Assembly (NCBI GenBank): GCA_045561295.1
Contig: JBJKYD010000013.1
Location: forward strand, 1 to 63,617
DNA from: Gammaproteobacteria bacterium
Lineage (GTDB): Bacteria; Pseudomonadota; Gammaproteobacteria; GCA-002705445; GCA-002716945
Length of the DNA stretch: 63,617 bases
Direction of reading: 5' to 3'
Positions 49,196 to 56,915 of the stretch are shown in pieces. The translations under genes were made by a program, and so were the position numbers. A model generated the notes under the pieces. It made no database searches. It saw only the letters and a list, made by a program, of their open reading frames with translations, and was not told the DNA's origin. Numbering within the stretch: the first letter of the stretch is position 1; every line of letters starts with the position of its first letter.

Positions 49196-50491
49196 ATGAA
49201 AATAAAAAATATCATATTTGGAGTAATTGCATTTATTGCAGCTACTTTACTCCCTGAAGCTGTATTTGCAGAAGATGGGATATCAAATGCAAACACTGCA
49301 TGGATTTTAACTTCAACAGCATTAGTTCTGTTAATGACACTACCAGGGCTTGCTTTTTTTTACGGCGGACTTGTTAGAAGTAAAAATGTTTTATCAGTCT
49401 TGATGCAATGCTTTAGTCTTGCTTGTTTAGTAAGTGTAATGTGGGTGGCGTTCTTATATAGTCTAGCTTTTGGTGATGGCGGATCTATGAATTCCTATAT
49501 CGGAGGTTTGGATAACGCATTTTTATCAGGCTTAACTATAAGCTCTATGTCTGGGGATATTCCTGAAACAGTGTTTATAATGTTTCAATTAACTTTTGCG
49601 ATAATTACTCCAGCATTAATAGTCGGTGGCTTTGCTGAAAGAATGAAATTTTCATCTATGTTTTTATTTAGCATCATTTGGATGGTCCTTGTCTACGCTC
49701 CGATATGTCATATGGTATGGGGTGGTGGATTTTTAGGTGAAATGGGACTCATGGATTTTGCAGGAGGCACAGTTGTCCATATCAATGCAGGCGTTGCCGC
49801 ATTAGTGCTTGCTGTTTACTTGGGGAATAGAAATGGCTTCCAATCTGTCCCAATGCCCCCTCATAATTTAAGTATGACCGTTGCAGGAGCCTCAATGCTA
49901 TGGGTTGGATGGTTTGGCTTTAATGCAGGCTCGGCACTAGCAGCTGACCAGTCTGCTGGCATGGCAATGCTAGTAACACATATTGGAGCAGCATCTGGTT
50001 CACTTGCATGGATGTTCAGAGAATGGACTAAAGTTGGCAAACCTAGTGTTCTAGGTATTGTTACTGGTATGGTTGCAGGATTAGGAACCATTACTCCAGC
50101 ATCCGGTTTTGTTGGCCCAATGGGCGCATTAGTAATTGGTATACTTGCGGGACTTATATGTTACGAAGCTACACAATATATCAAAAATAAACTCAAAATT
50201 GATGATTCACTAGATGTGTTTCCAGTACACGGTGTTGGAGGAATTTTAGGTACTCTCTTAACTGCAGTATTTGCTTCATCACAGTTTGGTGGATTAGGAT
50301 TAGAGAATTCAATTTCTAGTCAATTCATGATCCAACTTTTTGGTGTTATTTTCACTATTGCATGGTGCGCAATCTTTACAATTGTAGCTATTAAAGTTAC
50401 AGAAACTTTTACTGGAAGTATAAGAGTAACTAACGAAGATGAAGAAACAGGGATTGATATCTCAGATCATGGAGAATCAAGTTATAATTAG
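49196..50491 (+). CDS. amtB: Ammonium transporter
   Basis: MT.PGLA.FYGG, FQLTFA.ITPAL..G..AER, DFAGGTVVHI, LW.GWFGFNAGS, DDSLDVF.VHG; probable start ATG 49196 after GAGG. Confidence 0.96.
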   Translation: MKIKNIIFGVIAFIAATLLPEAVFAEDGISNANTAWILTSTALVLLMTLPGLAFFYGGLVRSKNVLSVLMQCFSLACLVSVMWVAFLYSLAFGDGGSMNSYIGGLDNAFLSGLTISSMSGDIPETVFIMFQLTFAIITPALIVGGFAERMKFSSMFLFSIIWMVLVYAPICHMVWGGGFLGEMGLMDFAGGTVVHINAGVAALVLAVYLGNRNGFQSVPMPPHNLSMTVAGASMLWVGWFGFNAGSALAADQSAGMAMLVTHIGAASGSLAWMFREWTKVGKPSVLGIVTGMVAGLGTITPASGFVGPMGALVIGILAGLICYEATQYIKNKLKIDDSLDVFPVHGVGGILGTLLTAVFASSQFGGLGLENSISSQFMIQLFGVIFTIAWCAIFTIVAIKVTETFTGSIRVTNEDEETGIDISDHGESSYN

Positions 50492-51234
50492 ATTCTTAAA
50501 ACTTTAGTTCTTATGCTGTTATCGTGTAATGTAATTACACGATAACCATAAGATAAGTTTGTCTCCAGAGCAAAATTTTCTGATTGATTTTTGAATTGAT
50601 AACATGTTGAGGGTGTTGTAAAAAATTCGATATTATTTTTTATGCAATTGAATTCTTGGTGAACATGTCCAGAAAATATTTTAAATTCTTTGTCTGTGTT
50701 GGACAGCATAAGTTGAATTAATTCTTCGCTATTTTCAGATATATGTTCATCAATCCATTCAGATCCTATTTCCATAATTGGATGATGTGTAAAAATTATA
50801 ACTTTATCCACCTCCTTGCTTATATATAATTTTTTATTTAATTCATTAATTTGTATCTTTTTGAGATGCCCGTTAGTTTTTCCAGGCACATGTGTATCAA
50901 AGTTATAAACTAAAGTTTTAGACATACTTAGGTCTATGGAGTTAGTGGTAATTTGTTCATCACAAATCATATTTATATGTTCTAATTTGTCATGATTACC
51001 TGGAAGAATATAAAAAGTGGACTGATATTTTTTTAGAAGATTCCTAATAATCATATATGATTCTCTTGTGTAGTCATTTGATAAATCACCCGTTATGACT
51101 ACGTCTTTAACATTGGAGTGGTGATGTTCGATATGCTTCAATGTATTAGATAAAGTTTGATATGGCTTACAATCATTCTTTATATTTTCAATATCTTTTG
51201 TTATGTGAAGATCTGTGATCTGTATCATTTCCAT
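50488..51234 (-). CDS. cpdA: Metallophosphoesterase, CpdA/Icc-like
   Basis: QITDLH, TGDLS, PGNHD, HHP, GHVHQ, TPSTC.QF. Confidence 0.8.
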   Translation of the reverse strand: MEMIQITDLHITKDIENIKNDCKPYQTLSNTLKHIEHHHSNVKDVVITGDLSNDYTRESYMIIRNLLKKYQSTFYILPGNHDKLEHINMICDEQITTNSIDLSMSKTLVYNFDTHVPGKTNGHLKKIQINELNKKLYISKEVDKVIIFTHHPIMEIGSEWIDEHISENSEELIQLMLSNTDKEFKIFSGHVHQEFNCIKNNIEFFTTPSTCYQFKNQSENFALETNLSYGYRVITLHDNSIRTKVLRI

Positions 51235-51296
51235 AGGTTATTTTATAGCACTAAAGTATTAATTATTTGAAAAATTGTGATATATTACACCGTACT

Positions 51297-51539
51297 ATGA
51301 AAAAAGATATTCATCCAGATTACAAACCAGTGATATTTCATGATGTTACATGTAACAAAAGTTTCTTATTGTCTTCAACAGTCAAGACTACTGAGACTAT
51401 GAAATATGAGGATGGCAATGAATATCCTGTCTATAAAATAGAAACATCATCTGAGTCACACCCTTTCTATACAGGCAAAGGTCGTATAGAGACAAAAGAA
51501 GGTCGTGTTGCTAAATTCAAGAAAAAGTACTCTAAATAA
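51297..51539 (+). CDS. rpmE2: 50S ribosomal protein L31 type B (zinc-free)
   Basis: MKKDIHP.Y..V.F.D, EDG.EYP, SS.SHPFYTG, GRV.KF; no zinc ribbon; start ATG 51297. Confidence 0.92.
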   Translation: MKKDIHPDYKPVIFHDVTCNKSFLLSSTVKTTETMKYEDGNEYPVYKIETSSESHPFYTGKGRIETKEGRVAKFKKKYSK

Positions 51540-51576
51540 TAAATCCAATTAACTTATAAACTTTATTTAAATAAGG

Positions 51577-51605
51577 TTGACATCTCTATATTCATGTAAT
51601 ACTGT
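51577..51605 (+). promoter_or_regulatory. Sigma70 promoter of the monooxygenase gene
   Basis: TTGACA-17 bp-TACTGT. Confidence 0.6.
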
Positions 51606-51609
51606 TATG

Positions 51610-51697
51610 GACAAGAAGTAGACAAGTATGTAATAAATTAGACAAATCTAATATATTAATGTACTTATTTACAATTAATTTGACAAAATCCGGACAA
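51610..51697 (+). repeat. Phased GACAA direct repeats in the monooxygenase leader
   Basis: GACAA at 51610, 51621, 51641, 51682, 51693; TACAA at 51670. Confidence 0.6.
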
Positions 51698-51708
51698 AGG
51701 AGGCAATT

Positions 51709-52902
51709 ATGTCAACAATATTTGCAAACATTAAGTATTTGCTTGCACCATCACTAATTCTAGTAACACTAGCAGGTGTGATCGCAGGTGGAATGCTTTC
51801 TTGGATTGGTGTTGCACTTTTAGGAGTAGGTGTCATCGTTGATACTATTCTTCGTAAGCAATCTTCAAGCTCAATGCACAAAGAAGATGGTACTACAAAG
51901 GCAAGCCCAACATTCCAAAACTTGGTAATGTACATGATGTTACCTGTATTCGTACTACTACAACTTGCATTAGCATGGAGAGTATACGGATTCATGACAG
52001 GTGTACCAGTAGAAATAACAGCAACATGGTTTGGTTTAATACCTGTATATAGTGGGATTACCTCATTAGATCTAATCGGTGCTGTGCTATCAACAGGTAT
52101 ATTTGCCGGTATAGGTATCATTTACGGACATGAGTTATCACACTGCAAAGGCTTTGCATTCATTATTTCAAGAATGACAATGGGTCTTTCAGGTTCAGCT
52201 CATTTCTGCTATGCACACGTATACAACCATCACCTAGAGCTTGCTAGTGAAGATGATCCTGCAACTGCACCTCGCGGTCGTACAATTTATGGTCATTACT
52301 TACTATCATACCTAGGACAATCAAAATTCGTGTTTAACATGGAAAAAGAAAGACTTTCAAGAATGGGAGTTTCATTCATTTCATGGCAAAACCGTTGGAT
52401 TCGTGGTTATTTAATGTCAATACCTTCAGCTGTATTATTCTTTATGGCTGGTGGCTGGATTGGTATAGCAGCACTTGCGACTGTATGGGTAATTTCAAAC
52501 TTCGAATTAGAAGCATTGAACTATCTTGAGCATTACGGTCTAGTACGTGTTAAAGACCAACCTATTGACTATCGTCATAACTGGGATAACAACACATTGT
52601 TCACAAGTTGGTTCTTCATCGAAATCGGTCGTCAAGCTGACCACCATGATCGTGGAGAAACACATTTCTGGGAACTTGAAAATGTTGGAGCACCTAACTT
52701 AGGTTGGGGTTACTTCACAATTTTCGCATTAGCATTAGTACCACCGCTATGGCACTGGTACATGCGCAAAAGATTAGCAACATGGGATGCTAAATTTGCA
52801 ACAGACGAAGAAAGAGCAATTTCTGCGAGAGTCAACAAACAAGTTGGCTACGAAGGAACTTCATTCAAAGATGATGAGCTTTCTTTCCCAGTAGAAAATT
52901 AA
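51709..52902 (+). CDS. Membrane di-iron monooxygenase, AlkB/XylM family
   Basis: HELSH, HVYNHH, DPATA.RG, NYLEHYGL, RQADHH, ALVPPLW; strong SD AAAGGAGG. Confidence 0.88.
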   Translation: MSTIFANIKYLLAPSLILVTLAGVIAGGMLSWIGVALLGVGVIVDTILRKQSSSSMHKEDGTTKASPTFQNLVMYMMLPVFVLLQLALAWRVYGFMTGVPVEITATWFGLIPVYSGITSLDLIGAVLSTGIFAGIGIIYGHELSHCKGFAFIISRMTMGLSGSAHFCYAHVYNHHLELASEDDPATAPRGRTIYGHYLLSYLGQSKFVFNMEKERLSRMGVSFISWQNRWIRGYLMSIPSAVLFFMAGGWIGIAALATVWVISNFELEALNYLEHYGLVRVKDQPIDYRHNWDNNTLFTSWFFIEIGRQADHHDRGETHFWELENVGAPNLGWGYFTIFALALVPPLWHWYMRKRLATWDAKFATDEERAISARVNKQVGYEGTSFKDDELSFPVEN

Positions 52903-52937
52903 TATAGGATATATTAAGAATCAAATGGACTTGATAG

Positions 52938-52967
52938 CACCCCCTCAATTGAGGGGGTGTTTTTTTT
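52938..52967 (+). terminator. Intrinsic terminator
   Basis: Perfect palindrome CACCCCCTCAATTGAGGGGGTG (52938-52959) followed by T8. Confidence 0.9.
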
Positions 52968-53328
52968 AGTAATGAAAACAGATGGTTTTAGAAATTTTAT
53001 CAATTTCTAGTTTGCAACTAATACACTTATACTTCAAACCTACTGTAGTTAAAGTTTTAACTATGATCAAATTTGCAAGACTTCCTTTTATATTATCTGG
53101 AAGTTCTATTATCAGGCACCCTTTATCATAAGAGACATTATAAGGCTTTATTTTAATCTTGCTGTTACATAGGACGGATCTAAGTTCGCTATGGATGTCT
53201 ACAGGCGGTATATCTTTGTAAAGCTTACCGTCCTTATAGAACCTTGCTTTAACAGAACCAGAGTAGGCTCCGATCTTTCCTGAGCTTAATGGGTCATCTA
53301 GCTCGTTACTTATGTCATGATTTCTCAT
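52966..53328 (-). CDS. Hypothetical protein (120 aa) downstream of tandem SAM riboswitches
   Basis: SD GAGGAG (53340-53335) then ATG 53328; the ORF-track start 53370 lies inside the riboswitch; no family recognised. Confidence 0.7.
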   Translation of the reverse strand: MRNHDISNELDDPLSSGKIGAYSGSVKARFYKDGKLYKDIPPVDIHSELRSVLCNSKIKIKPYNVSYDKGCLIIELPDNIKGSLANLIIVKTLTTVGLKYKCISCKLEIDKISKTICFHY

Positions 53329-53334
53329 TTTCTT

Positions 53335-53392
53335 CTCCTCTTTAGTGTTTTTACTGATCAGTAGTGGCACACAATCTAGAGTTCAAATGCCA
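53335..53392 (-). ncRNA. SAM-V riboswitch (translational)
   Basis: Minus strand UGGCAUUUGAAC..AUUGUGUGCCA-C-UACUGAUCAGUA-AAAACACUAAA-GAGGAG: P1 UGGCA/UGCCA, AUUUGA loop, UUGUGU:ACACUAA pseudoknot abutting the SD. Confidence 0.8.
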
Positions 53393-53427
53393 AAAAAAAA
53401 ACCATCACGCTAAAGCAAGTGATGGTT
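53392..53427 (-). terminator. Riboswitch-linked intrinsic terminator
   Basis: Minus strand AACCAUCAC-UUGCUUUAGC-GUGAUGGUU followed by a long U run; loop GCUUUAGC is complementary to the aptamer 3' end GCUAAAGC. Confidence 0.85.
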
Positions 53428-53434
53428 ACTGATC

Positions 53435-53480
53435 GCTTTAGCTATTTTACGCCTGCAAGCTGATTTCAAATTAGGCGTAC
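53435..53480 (-). ncRNA. SAM-II riboswitch (transcriptional)
   Basis: Minus strand UACGCCU-AAUUUG-AAAUCA-GCUUGC-AGGCGUA-AAAUA-GCUAAAGC: P1 UACGCCU/AGGCGUA with the AUUUG, UUGC and GCUAAA elements of SAM-II (SAM_alpha). Confidence 0.85.
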
Positions 53481-53483
53481 GTA

Positions 53484-53513
53484 TATATAAACATCAGTAC
53501 TAGAGGCTGTCAA
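53484..53513 (-). promoter_or_regulatory. Sigma70 promoter feeding the riboswitch leader
   Basis: TTGACA (53513-53508), 17-18 bp, TTATATA; predicted +1 falls near the SAM-II 5' end (~53480). Confidence 0.6.
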
Positions 53514-54285
53514 CATTTTTTTTAAATGGATACTGAAGATTAGATAAGAATTTAAGCTCCATTTCTCTGTTTTCTAATCCCATTTCTAATCTTTCTTTAT
53601 CAGTAGCATCTTTATAAGACAGAAATACTTTATCCCAAACAGTAAAGATGCTTGCATAGTTGGCTTCTCGTGACCTTCTTGTTACCGTGTGATGATTTGT
53701 ATGATATTTAGGAGTAACGATAACCTTTGATAATATAGATTCTGTATGGTCAGCCAACTTTATATTACTGTGATGAAATTGAATCGACAGCACTAATAAT
53801 AATTCATAAAATAGGAATTCAGAAAGAGTAATACCGAATAAATAGATGATTACTGCCTTATATAATGTAGACAAAAATAACTCTCCAATATGAAATCGAA
53901 GAGATGTACCAACATCCATGTGAGTGTCAACATGATGTACAAAATGGAATTTCCACAAGAATTGATTCGTATGATTAAATCTATGCCACCAATATAGGGC
54001 TATATCAAGTATGAGAAAGCTCAGAATGAATTTTAGAATCCCCAGATCGTAAAATATTCCTCCTTGGCTTTCAGTGACTGTCAGTAAAACAGGCATGAGA
54101 ATAAAGAGCATAGGTATTCTCATAAGTGTCGTATTAAAGATAGCTAATGCGGTATGAAAAGTTACCCTTTTGTATCGTTTTGAGGTCCATATTCTATTTG
54201 GGTAAATTGTTTCTAAGATTAGAAAAATAATAAACCCCAAGATAAAAAAAGATAACTTTAATGTAAACAAGGATTCTATAGTCAT
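53500..54285 (-). CDS. Sterol desaturase / fatty acid hydroxylase family protein
   Basis: YWWHRFNH, WKFHFVHH, RFH.GE, FHHSN, VTP.YH..HH, NYA....WD. Confidence 0.85.
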   Translation of the reverse strand: MTIESLFTLKLSFFILGFIIFLILETIYPNRIWTSKRYKRVTFHTALAIFNTTLMRIPMLFILMPVLLTVTESQGGIFYDLGILKFILSFLILDIALYWWHRFNHTNQFLWKFHFVHHVDTHMDVGTSLRFHIGELFLSTLYKAVIIYLFGITLSEFLFYELLLVLSIQFHHSNIKLADHTESILSKVIVTPKYHTNHHTVTRRSREANYASIFTVWDKVFLSYKDATDKERLEMGLENREMELKFLSNLQYPFKKNVDSL

Positions 54286-54330
54286 AGGTCATTATATCAT
54301 TTTAGTAACTTAATCTGCTATACTAATCAT

Positions 54331-55095
54331 ATGACATCAAATGAGAGACATAGGCTCAGCCTTATAATTGCAACTCTAGGGCCCTCAACAGATAATGAAA
54401 AAGAATTAATAACAATGTTAATGGCAGGCATTGCAAGACAATGGACTGACGGTGTTGATATTGCGAGAGTTCTTCATAGCGATGGAGATGAAGTCGCAAA
54501 AAATAGGATTAAATTATTTAGGGAACAATCAAAAAAAAGAAATTTATCTACATCAATTTACTTGGATACAGACGGTTCAGATATGGATGAGTATATTGCA
54601 TTTGGAAATGAAATTTCACCCGAAATAATGTCATTCGACATATCTAATGGATTAGACTTTTTTAAAACCATAAAAAGCAAACTAGAAGATAATATAAAAA
54701 TATGTGTGAGAGTAAAACTTGGAACAAGTACCGAAGGATTAGATGACTTTTTTAGAGAATGTGATTATTCAATGATTGAATTAGACTCAAAAGTTATTCA
54801 TGATGAAAAAATTGTCATGCGATCAAAAGATAATACTTGCGAACCAATTTATTTAGCATTAATGCCAACTTTAATGAAAGGTCAGGTTCAGTCAAGGGAA
54901 GAAAACTTTGAAATAGGCCACACCTTAGAAGAAGGATTTGATTTAATAGCCCTTTATCAAGAAACGTCTCACGGGCCTTATGCAGCAAGATCGGTAAAAT
55001 GTATTGATGAGATTAGCGTTGAGTCTGAAAAACTTAGGGTCAACCCATTTCAAGATATGTTAGACAAGTTTTTCTCTTTCTTTAAAAAGAAGTAA
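54331..55095 (+). CDS. Degenerate pyruvate-kinase-like barrel protein
   Basis: IIATLGPST, GVDIARV.HS.G, IYLDT.G, GFDLI.L..ETS.G.Y...SV..I..I...SE collinear with the PK A domain; B and C domains absent; catalytic motifs altered. Confidence 0.7.
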   Translation: MTSNERHRLSLIIATLGPSTDNEKELITMLMAGIARQWTDGVDIARVLHSDGDEVAKNRIKLFREQSKKRNLSTSIYLDTDGSDMDEYIAFGNEISPEIMSFDISNGLDFFKTIKSKLEDNIKICVRVKLGTSTEGLDDFFRECDYSMIELDSKVIHDEKIVMRSKDNTCEPIYLALMPTLMKGQVQSREENFEIGHTLEEGFDLIALYQETSHGPYAARSVKCIDEISVESEKLRVNPFQDMLDKFFSFFKKK

Positions 55096-55440
55096 CTATC
55101 CTGGAGGCCACCCTAAAGTCCTATTAGCAAGGATATGTATATGCAAGTGAAATACAGTTTGTCCAGCTTCGCTTCCGTTGTTTATAACTAGCCTGTAATC
55201 TTTAATATTCATTTGTACCATTTGATTTCTGATTGAAATCATAATGTGTCCCAGAATGTCTTTATCTTCAGTATCATTTAAATCTGATATTCCTTTAATC
55301 ATTTTTTTTGGTATGGCTAAGTAATGAACAGGGGCTTGAGGACTAATATCTTCAATAATAATACATAAACGATCTTCATAAATAATGTTAGCTGGTATCT
55401 CTTTATTTATTATTTGTTCGAATATTGTTTTATCATTCAT
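55096..55440 (-). CDS. hinT: Histidine triad nucleotide-binding protein
   Basis: TIF..II..EIPA, DI.PQAPVH, GQTVFHLHIH, WPPG. Confidence 0.92.
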   Translation of the reverse strand: MNDKTIFEQIINKEIPANIIYEDRLCIIIEDISPQAPVHYLAIPKKMIKGISDLNDTEDKDILGHIMISIRNQMVQMNIKDYRLVINNGSEAGQTVFHLHIHILANRTLGWPPG

Positions 55441-55667
55441 TTCGGTGGTTGATATGGATTTTGCATAAACTGGGTTTTATATTTTTCCAATTCGGTATGA
55501 GGCATTGGAGCATTATCATCTTTGGTATCATTATTTTTATTATTTGCAATCTCTTTAAGTAGATTGTTGTTTTCTTTTTGTAATTTGATAAGTTTTTTCA
55601 TAAAAACTAATCCATTTATCAGAGTTAAAACAATCATTATGAATAATAACAATGCAATTAATTTCAT
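55437..55667 (-). CDS. Small single-pass membrane hypothetical protein
   Basis: N-terminal TM helix; ATGA overlaps with both neighbours. Confidence 0.6.
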   Translation of the reverse strand: MKLIALLLFIMIVLTLINGLVFMKKLIKLQKENNNLLKEIANNKNNDTKDDNAPMPHTELEKYKTQFMQNPYQPPK

Positions 55668-56134
55668 TTCAACTCCTTGAGTTTAGCCAAAACTTCTTCT
55701 ACATGACCCTTTACTTTAACGCCTCTCCATGAATGAAGAATTTTACCAGATTCATCTATTATAAATGTGGATCTATCTACACCCATATATTTTCTTCCAT
55801 AAAGGCTTTTTTCTCTTATTACATCTAATGATTTGCATAATCTTTCTTCTGTATCTGCAATAAGAGGAAATTTAAAACCATGTTTATCTATAAATTTTTC
55901 ATGTGAATTAATTTTATCCCTTGATACCCCCACTACATTTGTTTTAAGTTTTTTGATTTTTGAAAGACTTTCATTAAATTCAATGCTTTCAGTTGTGCAT
56001 CCAGGAGTCATGTCCTTTGGATAAAAGTATAAGACTAATCTTTTATCAAGAAAATCATATAATTTTTTTCTTTTTAGATCTGTACACTCTATATTCATAT
56101 CTTTAACTTTTGTATTTACTTTTCCATTTGCCAT
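55664..56134 (-). CDS. bcp: Peroxiredoxin Bcp
   Basis: VLYFYPKD.TPGCTTE, GVS.D, FPL..D, RSTFIID..G, VKVKGH. Confidence 0.92.
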   Translation of the reverse strand: MANGKVNTKVKDMNIECTDLKRKKLYDFLDKRLVLYFYPKDMTPGCTTESIEFNESLSKIKKLKTNVVGVSRDKINSHEKFIDKHGFKFPLIADTEERLCKSLDVIREKSLYGRKYMGVDRSTFIIDESGKILHSWRGVKVKGHVEEVLAKLKELK

Positions 56135-56135
56135 A

Positions 56136-56327
56136 TTATTTTCCTTTGTTTATCTCTCTCGCTTTCTCAACTAACATAATAGGTATACCATCTATAACAG
56201 GATAAGCTAGATTAGATTCTTTGCATATCAGTTCTTTATTTTCTTCATTGTATTCTAAAGTACCACCCGATTTTGGACAAATTAGTATGTCTAAGAGATC
56301 TTTGTTCATAACAAAAATATATTTCAT
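56136..56327 (-). CDS. Trm112/YcaR-family protein
   Basis: LLDILICP...G.L, ELIC....LAYPV.DGIPIML...AR. Confidence 0.9.
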   Translation of the reverse strand: MKYIFVMNKDLLDILICPKSGGTLEYNEENKELICKESNLAYPVIDGIPIMLVEKAREINKGK

Positions 56328-56380
56328 ATTAGATAAATTTCAAGTGAAATAAATATATTAGTGTGTAATAATTCACAGCA

Positions 56381-56890
56381 ATGAGAATTTATACATTATT
56401 AATGCTACTAATGTTCAGTATTTCATCAATGGCTTTTATGAGCGGTATTGATCCAAGTAGAGATACGCAAGGCGAATTAGATATTATTGGCGCAACAATA
56501 CCTCTAGCACCTGCAAATGCTTCTGTGAATGCCGGCTATGTAAAATTTACAAACACATCTGACAAAGACGTAGAGTTTCATCGTTTCACAAGCCCTGTTT
56601 ATGATAGTGTCGAAATGCATATAACGGAGAACAAATCTGGTTCTGCTAAAATGAAACAAGTTAAAAAAATTCTTGTACCTGCAAACTCTAGTATCGAATT
56701 AAAGCCAGGAGGAGCACATCTTATGCTTATTGGACCACGTCGTGATGTAAAAGCTGGTGAACAAGTTCTTATGATTGCTCAAGACTCTCTTGAAAGAAGA
56801 TTCATGCTGAAGTTTACAGTTGTAGATTTAAGACAAGACAATGCTCAAAAAATTAATCATGAGCATGATCATAGTCACCATAATCACTAA
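56381..56890 (+). CDS. Periplasmic copper chaperone PCu(A)C
   Basis: Signal peptide; EMH-x10-M...L.PGG.HLML copper motif; His-rich tail. Confidence 0.88.
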   Translation: MRIYTLLMLLMFSISSMAFMSGIDPSRDTQGELDIIGATIPLAPANASVNAGYVKFTNTSDKDVEFHRFTSPVYDSVEMHITENKSGSAKMKQVKKILVPANSSIELKPGGAHLMLIGPRRDVKAGEQVLMIAQDSLERRFMLKFTVVDLRQDNAQKINHEHDHSHHNH

Positions 56891-56915
56891 AATTAATTTT
56901 AACTTCTAACTTACC

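Noticed and set aside
52938-52959. Perfect 22-bp palindrome as a mobile-element end or operator
   Set aside because: Single copy followed by a T run between convergent genes; fully explained as a terminator.
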